A stretch of 63,346 bases of DNA, counting the filler, from Welwitschia mirabilis (lineage: Eukaryota), in the NCBI GenBank assembly GCA_051453625.1. It is 7 parts of one record of this genome, joined end to end, with 100 filler letters (N's around TTAATTAATTAA, not from the genome) between each part and the next. Parts side by side here need not be neighbours in the genome. Positions count along the whole stretch, not along the records: positions 52,481 to 58,268 come from JBOZIK010000001.1; positions 58,369 to 61,267 come from JBOZIK010000001.1; positions 61,368 to 63,346 come from JBOZIK010000001.1; 4 more parts are not named here. The stretch is one strand, 5' to 3'. The position numbers and the translations under genes are program-made. Shown one piece after another: positions 52,481 through 63,346 of this stretch; the stretch's first letter is position 1, and every line of letters begins with the position of its first letter. Under the pieces are notes generated by a model that saw only the letters and a program-made list of their open reading frames with translations, was not told where the DNA came from and searched no databases.

Positions 52481-54554
52481 ATAGCACTGCTATAGGCAAA
52501 TATCTAAAATAAGATCCAAATACTTACTTGAGCAATAACAACTCTCAAACTTTAAGTAGCCTTCCTTAATAATGCCACCAAAATGTTGTGGTACATATTT
52601 GTGCAAATGATTATGCTCAAGAAGATCTTGTCATTCATAAATAAAATAGGTATCTTACATAAAACAACACACTAATATAAATAGAAGTTAACCTGAATGT
52701 CATAATCCATCGAAGGCCCAGGCTAAAAAAAGAGAATTAATTTTAGCAAAAAACAGTTATGTATTCTAAAAATAGANNNNNNNNNNNNNNNNNNNNNNNN
52801 NNNNNNNNNNNNNNNNNNNNNNNNNNNNNNNNNNNNNNNNNNNNNNNNNNNNNNNNNNNNNNNNNNNNNNNNNNNNAATTTTCTCTTGCAAAACCAGACT
52901 TTTAAGAAATAAATGTAGAAATTTTTGAAATTTTTAGACTTTGCATACCTTATTAAACCCTCTTGAATATTTTTATTTATAAACATCTATTCTCTTTAAT
53001 ATTTTTTTCTTACCAGATTTTATGAAACATGCTAAGTATTAATGCACAAAGTGTATCATCCCTACAGTCATAGTTTGGAGGATAGAAATACAAAAAAACA
53101 CAAAAAATGAAAAATGCAAAAAATAGAAATGTAAAAATGAAATATGGAAAAAATAAAAGTTAGAATGTCATCTACATAATTTGTTTAGATGATAGAGGAG
53201 ATGATAGAAAAAACCCTAAAAATTTTGAAAAAATGAAAAGCTAAAAACTCAAGCCATAAAGGCTATCATTATTCCACATTATCTAGATAATAAGGCAGAT
53301 GAAAAAGCTTTTATTATAGAATACAAAAGAATAAAACTTGCAAAAAGAAAATCTATGCCACTGTAGATAAAAAATACAATGCTAATATAGGAAAACATCT
53401 AAACCAAGATTTAAATACTTATTTAAACAATAACAGCTCTCAAATTCCAAGCAGTTTCCCATGGCAATAGTACCAAGATGTTGTAGTACGTATTTTTGTA
53501 ATAATTATGATTAACAAGATTTTATTATTTAGAAATAAAATATATATCTTATACAATAATACATACTAATATATATGAGATTTGACCTAACTATAATAAT
53601 CAATCAATGGCCTAAGTTAGAAGAAAGAGAATTGATTTCAACAAGAAACACTTATGCATCCTAGTAATAGAAATAAATTACAATGTAAAAAAGTATAATG
53701 TAATACATTCATGTGAAGTTAATCTAGGAAAGAAAAATAGCAATGCATCTAAACTAATAATGCTCAACCTTGATAAAGGTTGCCCTCATAACTTATATCA
53801 CTTAAGAAACTGTCACTAAATCATAGGCAATATAAACTATGAGGGATAAGTAAGTCTTTGTATTAATCAAACCACATCTGTGTTACAAAGTAGTTGCACT
53901 TCAATGGAGCAAACACGGCCCAATACTAAGGAAGATGTTTTTCTACAACTAATAAGGATGGATCTCTGGCCCTTCAATCTTCTATCATGAGAAATTCGGA
54001 TGTAAGTAAAGACAAGACAGAGTTAAGGATGGGATTAATACTTATTGATAACAAACACACAAACAACCAAACAAATAGATAAGTGTGAGCATAACCCTAA
54101 TGACTATGCAAAAGACATACAAATAAATGGCAAGATTTAGGTAAATGTTCAATGAAACATTACAACACATATCATTCTGTTGATCATCTAGATGATATAG
54201 GGGATAATGCCATCTCATAAATAATCCACCTCATCTATCAAATTGATCACAATCAGCATCTTCATTGGCTTTAGCTGTTATGTCATCTATACTATTATCC
54301 AGACAATGAGTTGAATAATAAGCTTTTATAAGTATTCATCGAATGCATTAACCTCAATGTTTATAGGAGATCTATTTAAAAATAGGAAGTATTATGAACT
54401 ACTCTAAATTTTGCAAAATATAATGGAGATTGCATGTTTTTATATCTTTCATCTTAGATCTCCATTATTGTGGAATTCCAATATAAACCTGTTTAATATC
54501 CTAAAAACCTACTCAAAATACACTATTAAATATATGCAAGTTGGCAGTGCAACA
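52481..54554 (-). mobile_element. Two inverted LTR/PBS junctions of the family; one full 5' LTR at 53479-54554
   Basis: Reverse complement ...CCACAACA|TTTTGGTGGCATTATTAAGGAAGG at 52584 and ...CTACAACA|TCTTGGTACTATTGCCATGGGAA at 53479, both decayed tRNA-Asp PBS. LTR start TGTTGCACTGCCAA at 54554. Confidence 0.8.
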
Positions 54555-56510
54555 TGGGTTTATTGACTTACAAAAATCTAGTCATGTTTACAACTTAGAG
54601 AAGTCTCTCTATGATCTTAAACAAGCTCTTAGAGCTTAGTATGAGAAATTATCAAGTCATCTAATTGAAAATAGTTTCAAAAGAGGTACATTAGATGTGA
54701 CTTTATTCATTAATGAAAATTAGTAAAGATTTTATTATTATTCAAATTTATATAGATGATATTATTTTTGGTGCTACTAATGGATCCTTGTTTAAAAAAA
54801 AATAAGATTATGCAGCATGAGTTTGAAATAACTCTCATGAAAGAAATGAGAACTTCTTAGGAATTCAAGTTATGCAACATAAGCAAGGTATATTTATTTC
54901 ATAAGATAAGTATATTAAAAATTTTCTAGTCAAATATGATTTATATGATTGCAAAGGAAAAGACAGTCCTATGAATCAAATCATCAATTTGGATAAAGAT
55001 GAAAGTGATAAGAAGGTGGATCAAAAGCTAGATAGAGATATGATTAGTAATATGTTATATCTTATAGCTAGTTGATATAATATTATGTTAAGTGTAGGGA
55101 TTTGTTCATGTTATTAAAGTAATACTAGGGAATCACATCTCATAGCTATCAAAATAGTTTTTCATTACTTAAAAGATACTACTAATTGGGACCTTTCTAC
55201 TCAAAGAACTTCTTTCTTAATCTAGTAGGGTACTATGATACAAATTAGACAAGATGCAAAGATGACAAAATAAGAACAAGTGGAATATGCTTTCTACTTA
55301 GATAATGCCTGATTTCTTGGAGTAATAAAAAATAGAACTCAATTACTCTATCAATAGCTGACGCTAAGTGTATTGCTCTTGGAAGTTACTATACACAACT
55401 TCTGTGGATCAAGAAAACATTGAAAGACTTTAAACACTTTATAAATAACATTCCTATCTCTCTTGTGAAATAAGAGCATCATCAATATATCAAAAAATTC
55501 CTTACAAAACTTAAGAATCAAGCACATTAAGATTTAACATTGATTTCTCAAAAAACATGTCCAAAATAAAAATATTACAATTTAATACATCAATATGAAT
55601 GATTAACTTGTAGATGTATTTATCAAACCTCTAAGTACAAAGAGATATGTAAAATTATGTAGGAACTTGGTCCTTATCCAATTAGGTAAGTAATCAAGTA
55701 ATATCCTTTAAATTCTTAACTCAACATTATAATCATCTTATTATTTGAAATTAGTGATTAAGTGTAATTAAAAGTTAAAATTATGTGCTTGCTAATTACT
55801 CCTTTAAAGTATCAATGTTATGCTTTCAATAATCATAGATCGTTTTAAAAAATATAAAACTTTCATTGTAGACATCTTTACATTTATAAACATCTCTTGA
55901 AAAAAACATTTTCAATAATTGTAGATGTCTTTGTCTATACTATTACTGAAAAATGATTAGTAAAATAGCAATTAGTATCTCTAAGAGCCACGTGTGTAGG
56001 GAAAGCAATAGACTCTTGGATCTATAATCCTTTTTTATACTCTCTAAAAAGTGGGAGAAGTTTTGGCAAATCTATGTTGAAAATCTAGATTAGTTAAATC
56101 AATGGCACTCAAAATTTAAAATTTTAATTCTATTCTCTCATATATTGGAACTTTACTGATTAGAATATCTTTCTTAATGAATTATCAAAATGTTTTGTGC
56201 TTTACATTTACATACTTTTTTGCATGACAAATATCATGATGTATTAGTTATTTTTGTCCCTTTAGTTAATTACTAAAATGGCTCTCTAATATATCCTAAT
56301 CATTTTTTTAAGTAATATATATCTATGTATTTTTTTCTAATTTCAAGTGATTTATCTTATGATTTTTTGATATCATTACAAGCATTCATTATGTGTATTT
56401 CTTTAGAATATAAATGTCTGATTTTAGTTGATTACATGAAAGTGCACTAATAAGATTTCCCAAGTTTTGAACATTATCAAAATGGGGGAGATTATTGGAA
56501 AATCACCAAA
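54555..56510 (+). pseudogene. Sirevirus-type copia RT-RNase H remnant with 3' region and PPT
   Basis: HVYNLEKSLYDLKQALRA*YEKLS; IIQIYIDDIIFGATN; ISWSNKK*NSITLSIADAKCIA. Purine tracts AAAAAGTGGGAGAAG (~56046) and AAAATGGGGGAGAT (56479-56492), then an LTR start at 56493. Cut on the left exactly at the LTR end at 54554. Confidence 0.88.
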
Positions 56511-58268
56511 TATATATTACACAATACACACACTAATATAGATGGGAGTGGATCTAAATGTCATAATTTTGTTAAAGGTAAATATGAAAAGAAAGAGAAT
56601 TAAATTGAAAATAAATACTTATGCACTTTCTAAGTAGAAAAAAATAATAATGTAAAGTAAACCATGCAAATGAACATACTATGAAAATGAAATACAAGAT
56701 CTTATCAAATTAACTTATCATGGAGATTGGTCCTGTATAATCTAGACCAATCAAGAAAAGTTGTCACCAGATTAAAACCAACCTAATCTATCGGGTGCAT
56801 CAAATAAAATATGAAAACAATGCAAATTTAATCTAGAAAATAAAATTAAATGCACCTAAAGTAATAATANNNNNNNNNNNNNNNNNNNNNNNNNNNNNNN
56901 NNNNNNNNNNNNNNNNNNNNNNNNNNNNNNNNNNNNNNNNNNNNNNNNNNNNNNNNNNNNNNNNNNNNNTAAATCAAATTCAAGACTAATGTAAATGCAA
57001 GATCTATTTGATTACTAAATCAACCTATTACAGAGATCGATACTATATAACCTAGATCAATCAAGGAAACTATCACTAATCAAAACCAACCTAGGCTATC
57101 AAGTACATTAAAGAGAATATAAAAACATGAAATGTTAATCTAGAAAATGAAATTCAATGTAATTAAACTATCAGTGTCAATCTTAACAAAGGTTTCCCTC
57201 ATGATCTATATCACAGATGAAGCTATCATAGAATCATAAGCAATATAAACCATAAGGAATGTGCATATAACAAATAATATAAAAGGAAATATAGAGCTTT
57301 AATTAATTTGAACCAACATCTATATCACAAAGCTGTAGCACCTCAATGAAGGAGACACATCCCAATACTAAGAAAAACATTTCTCTGTAATAACAAGAAA
57401 TGGATCTCCTATCTTTCGATCTTCTATCCTGAGAATTTTTAGTGCCAAAGAAGATATTTATTACAAATAAAGACTCTAAAAATAGTAAACACTAATAGCT
57501 ACATAAGAAGGCACAAGACACATGGTGAAATTTTGGTGAAGTTTGATAAAGCATTATATTTATATGTTATCATGTTAATCATTTAAACATCAAAGGAGAT
57601 GATACCACATCATACAAGTCCATATTAGCTGCTAAATTAGTCCAGTAAGTGTTCTAGTTGAGGGTGAAGAATGTATTTATTACAAATAAAGACTCTAAAA
57701 AATAGTAAACACTAATAGCTACATAAGAAGGCACAAAACACATGCCAAAATTTTGGTGAAGTTTGATGAAGCATTATATTTAGATGTCATCTTGTTAATC
57801 ATTCAAACATCAGATATCGCATCATAAAGTCCATATTAGCTACTAAATTAGTNNNNNNNNNNNNNNNNNNNNNNNNNNNNNNNNNNNNNNNNNNNNNNNN
57901 NNNNNNNNNNNNNNNNNNNNNNNNNNNNNNNNNNNNNNNNNNNNNNNNNNNNNNNNNNNNNNNNNNNNNNNNNNNNNNNNNNNNNNNNNTAGATGTCATC
58001 TTGTTAATCATTCAAACATCAGATATCGCATCATACAAGTCCATATTAGCTACTAAATTAGTCCAGTAAATGTCCTAGTCATCATAAGTTCTTTTGTCAT
58101 TCATACTATCATCTAGATGATAAGGTGGATAATGCACTTTGTAAAGATGTTTCTTATGTCAGATTGGAATTTTTTATTACAAGATTACTACTTTAGATAG
58201 AAAGTATTATAATTTGTCTAAAATGCTATCAAATGTAATGAAGATTAGATGTTTTTATGATATTTGTC
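56510..58268 (-). mobile_element. Inverted LTR pieces of the Athila-type family with internal duplications
   Basis: AAAGGTTTCCCTCATGATCTA and CCCAATACTAAGAAAAACA match 49640-49830 and 53770-53940. A ~220-bp tandem unit occurs at 57455 and 57675. Confidence 0.75.
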
Positions 58269-58368
58269 NNNNNNNNNNNNNNNNNNNNNNNNNNNNNNNN
58301 NNNNNNNNNNNNTTAATTAATTAANNNNNNNNNNNNNNNNNNNNNNNNNNNNNNNNNNNNNNNNNNNN

Positions 58369-58544
58369 ATATGATCGGTATTTTTGTGCTTTCTATTATT
58401 TTTATTTTTCAGAATACTTTTAGTTTTTATGCATAAGTTTTTTAGTGATTCATTTCAAACAAGTTTATATTGTGAGTTTAGTTGAAAAATTTTTAAGAAA
58501 CCTATTCATCCCCCCTCCCCCCCTCTAGGGTTCTCGATCCCACA
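58369..58544 (+). mobile_element. 3' end of a Sirevirus-type LTR
   Basis: GGTATTTTTGTGCTTT...CCTATTCATCCCCCCTCCCCCCCTCTAGGGTTCTCGATCCCACA matches the LTR ends in 15822-23571. It truncates the neighbouring RNase H frame. Confidence 0.85.
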
Positions 58545-59897
58545 GTAACCTATGGCAGAATGTTTGTCAACAATAAAATCTGCCTTGTCAGAATCAAAAA
58601 AAGCAGCAACATTCATTTGGCCATGTCTCTCGTACAACAATCCATGTCTAGGTGCCTTCTTCAGGCACCTCAGGATCATGATAACAACATTCTGATGTGG
58701 AATATGAGGCTGCCTCATGAGTTGGCTCACACATCTCATTACAAAAGAGATATCTGGTTGTGTGACAGTCAAGTCATTTAGTTTCCCAACCAAGCATCTA
58801 TACCTGTTGGGCTCCTCAAGAGGCTCTCTGTCATCCACTATTAACTAGACGTTTGGGTCGACAAGTGAATTAATTGGCCTACAACCAGGCATCCCAGTTT
58901 CCTCAAGCAAATGCAACACATACATTCTTTATGAATGACTAATACCCTCAGGTGAATGAGCTACCTTAATGCCACAAAAATATTGAAGCCATCCAAGCTT
59001 TTTAATATGAAACTACTGTTGCAAAAAGTGCTTAAACTTTGAAATGCTACTTCATCATTGCGAGTAATCACAATGCTATCAACATACACCACAAGGATAA
59101 TGCAACTTGTATTAGAGTATCTATAGAACAACGTGTGATTTATCTAACAATGTTTCAAACCCAAATCTAAGCACCACATTACTAAACTTCCCAAACCAAA
59201 CCCTTGGGGTTGCTCTATATGCACTTCTTCCTCTAACTCACCATAGAGGAAGGCATTTTTGTCATCTAACTTAAAAAGTTGCCACCGATTTTAGCTACTA
59301 AATAAATGAGCACACAAGCAGAAGTTGTCTTAGCAATAAAGGAAAACATCTTAGCAAAATCTATTCCATAGACTTGGGTAAACCCTTTGGTAGCTAACCT
59401 TCCCTTCAATCTCTCAACAAAATCATCAAGAAGAAATTTAACTTCATAAGCCCATCTACAATCAACACCTGATTTACCTTTAGGGATAGAAACAAGCTCC
59501 TAGGTATCATAAGAGGCAACATTTCCTTTTGCATAGCCATCCTCCAATCATTAGTTGTCAATACCTCCACTGACTTAGGAACTGAATTGAAAGCCAAGGA
59601 AGCCACAATACATTAAAAAGAAGAGGCCAAGGACATATAATAAACATGTCATTGAATAGGGTGAGATGTGCAAGTCATGGTGCCCTTTCTACTTGTAATG
59701 GGTGGATCCAAATTTATGAACTCATTGTCAGAAGAAGCTAAAGTGTTTGAACTAGGTGCAGTTGGATTTGTAGGTTGAGTAGCAGATGGCACAATTCATG
59801 ACGCAGGAGAGCCTTTATTTCTCTGATAAACCTGTGTGACAAGAGGCCATGGAAGAACAAGAGAATTAGGTGTTGGAAGTGAAGCCAAATCTTTGGA
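58545..59897 (-). pseudogene. Ty1/copia pol remnant (RT and start of RNase H), probably Ale/Retrofit-like
   Basis: ORF 58506-58838 YRCLVGKLNDLTVTQPDISF...ILRCLKKAPRHGLLY...DSDKAD; LVVYVDSIVIT (~59070-59100); VPKSVEVL..DWRMAMQKEM; RKGTMTCTSHPI. Confidence 0.9.
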
Positions 59898-61267
59898 TGT
59901 TATTTATTCCTTTGCAGTTTGACTTTATATATTTTTATATAATCCCATTCTTGTTGTAATTGAATATTAAAGGGAGAAGAGAAGCCTAATGGGGTCATCT
60001 TGAAGTTTTAGAACTTAGGGTTAGGGTTTCAACCCCAGAAGAAATTCTATATAAAGAGAGCAGAGGCATGGAATGCTATAAGGTGTGTGGGAATAAAGAG
60101 TTGCAATATTGACTATTGAGGATGCCTTGTGTCTTTGCCCTTTTTCATTCTAATAGAGAGCTCTGCATTGCTTTCGTGGTTTTTCCCCACATTGGGGTTT
60201 TCCATCTAAATCTGGTGTGTTGATGTTTGCATTTTGCTTTTGCTCTGCAACATTTTTCTAACAACTGGTATCAGAGCGGGGTTCGAAGTACTTTCCATTC
60301 GACTACCTTTTAGAGGCCCTTTGCGGAGTGAGCGAATGGCTTGTGGAATGGAGGAAGTGGAGCGAGCCAACAACCATCATCATTCTACGCCTAAATACCT
60401 GTTCTTTTCATGTTGATAATGGAGAGGTTGCAGACAACAGACAAGCTCGTTGGACGAAACTAAAATGTTTGGTTTGTTTTGATGAGGGTTGTCTTGGCGC
60501 AGAAGGATTGTGTAGAAGCCCTCGAGTCAAAGAAACCTACTTCCATGCAAGATGATGACTGGACAAAGATGAAGTCTAAGGAGATATGTCTAAGTAATGG
60601 CATTCTGTAGTCTATCAAATACGACATGGTGCCTCATGATCTCTAGCAGACTTTGAAAAATAGGTTTGATAAAGCTTCTGGTTTAAATACTTTTCACATT
60701 TGTCAAAAGGTTTTCAAAGCGAAGAAAAGACATGATGTTTATTTGCAAGATCACCTAGATGAGATGATGGGTGATTGTGGAGAACTAGAACAGTCAGAGA
60801 AGCTCACTCTTGTGCTAATGCTGTTAAGTGGGAGGCAGCTATGGAGGATGAGTGAAAATCCTTAAAACAAAGTAATACATGGGATTTGATGGAATTACCT
60901 AAGGGGCGTAAAACCCTACTTAGTAGATGGATTTTTAGGTTGAAGAATGAAGCAAATTGAGAAAAGCGTTACAAGGCTAGGTTGGTGGTGAAAGGCTTTG
61001 CTCAAAAGCCAGGTATTGACTTTATAGAGATTTTTTCTTCTATGGTGAAGCATTCTTCGATTTGTATGGTCTTTTCTTTAGTTGCCTGCTTGGATTTAGA
61101 ATTGGAACAGCTAGATATAAAAACTTTTACATGGTGATTTGGTGGAGGAGATTTATATGCACCAACCTGAAGGGTTTATAAATAAGCAATGCTCTGCTCT
61201 TGTTTGCTGTTTAAACAGAAGACTTTATGGTTTGAAGCAGGCCCCAAGACAATGGTATAAGAATTTT
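59898..61267 (+). mobile_element. Relatively young Tork/Tnt1-like copia element with an internal deletion
   Basis: 366-bp LTR TGTTA...TAACA (59898-60263) with TATA CTATATAAAG at ~60048. Exact PBS TGGTATCAGAGC at 60266-60277. A gag remnant is followed by RT: NTWDLMELPKGRK...RYKARLVVKGFAQKPGIDF..EIFS...LEQLDIKT...LYGLKQAPRQWYK. Confidence 0.9.
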
Positions 61268-61368
61268 NNNNNNNNNNNNNNNNNNNNNNNNNNNNNNNNN
61301 NNNNNNNNNNNTTAATTAATTAANNNNNNNNNNNNNNNNNNNNNNNNNNNNNNNNNNNNNNNNNNNNA

Positions 61369-63346
61369 GGAATAGATGACAACAAGCCATTAATACAATT
61401 ACTACTATAGTTATAAGCCCCCTACTTAAACTCATCACAATAGTTTAAATAGATGTTGTTATGACACCAACTTATGTGTATTTGATAGGATATTATAAGT
61501 TGTTTTACAGATAAACTAACAGATAAATACCTAGTTCTTATGACAATCGAGAATCAAGGAGTATAAAATGAAAACATGCAGTTTATTAGATAATTCACAA
61601 TCATTTCATGTAGATATGAATAAATTATATTTTTGAATAATGATTCCTGTAAACAACAAGAGATCAGACTGATAAAGGATGAAGAAATAACTGTCATCTC
61701 CTCTATCGTCCACACAATAGTCAGGACGACAAACCCAATTGAGTAATAAATAAACTTCTTTCTAGATAACTTTAAAATAAATTGAAAATCTTTTTACTAG
61801 ACATCATCATCTACCTCATCATCCAAACAACACTAGTGGACAACATCTCCAGAACTAGTCAATAGAACTTCACATGCAGTTCACAAGTAGTTAAACTAAA
61901 AGCTAAATAGACATCTCATTATCAACCCTTATTGTCTCATCCATTGTTTGGATAACCATGAAGATGACACTATTCTCTGTTATTTTTACCAAATGTATTC
62001 CCAAATTGTCACCACTTCTTTGCGACTTTACTTTGCATGTTAGCTAGGATTCCTCCTTTACTTTTCTATTAGTTCCCTTTTCCTTTCTCTGTATAAATAA
62101 AGATCTTCCCCTTGATCCCTAATCATCTTCAATAGTACCTGAAATCCTCATAACAGGAGATCTTAGAGAACCATCTTGTAATCCAAAGAGATGTTATCTT
62201 AGTGTTGGACAGTGTATCCTCTATTGAGGAATGACTACTTTTTGATAAAGATGCCTTTTCTATTTTAATATGAATTATCTTTTTGTCAATAATTGTAGAA
62301 ACTTATTCCTTATAGTTTATGTTATTTAAGATTGATGATATGTTTCTTTAATTATATAGATTATGAGAGCAGCCTTTGTCAAGGTTGAACTTAATTAGTT
62401 TAGGTACATCCTTGTTTATTTTTTTAGATTAGTTTGCATTAGCATCTTTTATTTCCATGCATTACAATTTATTTTAGTAGATTAGAATTACATATTTCTT
62501 TTTTGAAGTCAACTCTTTGTTATCCATACTATTAGCCTTTGATGGAATTATGATATCTAGATCACTCTGACTACACTAGCGTGCTATATTTATACATCTT
62601 ATTTGTAATTAACAAGATTTATTTATACATCTTATTTGTAATTAACAAGATTTAAACCAAGGCGTGGAACATTGCATAAATTTGCACCACAATAAATTGA
62701 TGCCATTATCGAGGAAGGTTGCTTGAAAATTGAGAGTTGTTATTGCTTCAGTGGATATTCCGGATGTTTGCTATAGTAGTGATGTACCAGTATTATGTAA
62801 GTAGTTTATTTTAGTTTTAACTTTTTACTAACCATTGACGTCTGCTTCATCGTCTAGACGTTAAAGTCAGACGACCATTCCCTTTTCTGCTTTCCCTCAT
62901 TCTGTGGTTGTCTATGTTTTCTATCTCTGTCGTCCAAGTTATTGTCCAGACAATGTATAGGATAATACTTTTTAAGAATCTAAAACTAAATGGTAAAAAT
63001 AGGAAAAGGCAAAAAAATACTAGAGAGAGAGGCAATTCATTGTAGAAAATATCCGAGAAGGTTCGCTAAATTTTGAAATTGAAAATCAAGACAGCCTAGG
63101 TACACAAACTTTAGAATTTTCTGAAATTTCTGATTTTAATTCTAAAGAAAAATCTGATTTTAATTTTGAAAAATCTAACACCACGTCGATCTCTCACCAA
63201 AAATAGCCTATCTTGCTAAATCCACCTCCTATCATTGGAACTATTACTCCTACTCCTCATGTAACTCTAAGAGATCTCATAGCAAATAACAGACTTAAAA
63301 TTCAAAACCCTTTTAACTTACCTCTTGGTAATGATGTGGAACTTAA
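61369..63346 (+). mobile_element. 5' LTR, tRNA-Asp PBS and leader of a related Athila-type element, running off the window
   Basis: CTTAGTGTTGGACAGTGTATCCTCTATTGAGG (62199-62230) matches the family LTR core. The LTR ends GCATAAATTTGCACCACAATA (62694), followed by AATTGATGCCATTATCGAGGAAGG. A 34-bp tandem duplication lies at 62589-62653. Confidence 0.8.

Noticed and set aside
49212-54554. One intact minus-strand element between these two LTRs
   Set aside because: Flanks GTTAT and TGGGT do not form a TSD. Extra PPT and PBS junctions and a scaffold linker lie between them.
9731-61323. Recurrent TTAATTAATTAA palindrome as a biological motif
   Set aside because: It is always centred in equal N runs and gives six-frame stops, so it is an assembly linker.

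Overview
AT-rich, strongly CpG-depleted plant nuclear DNA from a gapped draft assembly. It has many N runs and six artificial TTAATTAATTAA linkers. I find no intact host protein-coding gene and no prokaryotic system; the window is mostly nested, decayed LTR retrotransposons. Best-resolved structure: an old minus-strand Athila-type Ty3 element (gag-PR-RT-IN remnants, ~12250-15182 and 29990-~31700) is split at its protease by a non-autonomous element (15183-29984, TSD TTTAT, tRNA-Asp PBS). The 5' LTR of that element is in turn split by a Sirevirus-type Ty1 complex (15822-23571, TSD [A/G]CTAC) containing four LTR ends. Other contents: an Ogre/Tat-like gag-PR remnant, several copia pol fragments, Tekay-like LTR pieces and more copies of the same LTR family. 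Most unusual items: (1) a decayed plastid psbD fragment lying sense and ~12 nt downstream of a triplicated LTR-end/PBS unit, with third-position divergence that looks unlike typical angiosperm psbD; (2) a conserved, hairpin-forming module shared by two elements with different LTRs; (3) a spliced-looking minus-strand transcript island without a long ORF (4900-7290); (4) an orphan decayed coding cassette with nested tandem repeats (46440-48380). All family assignments come from manual translation and remembered motifs, not database searches.
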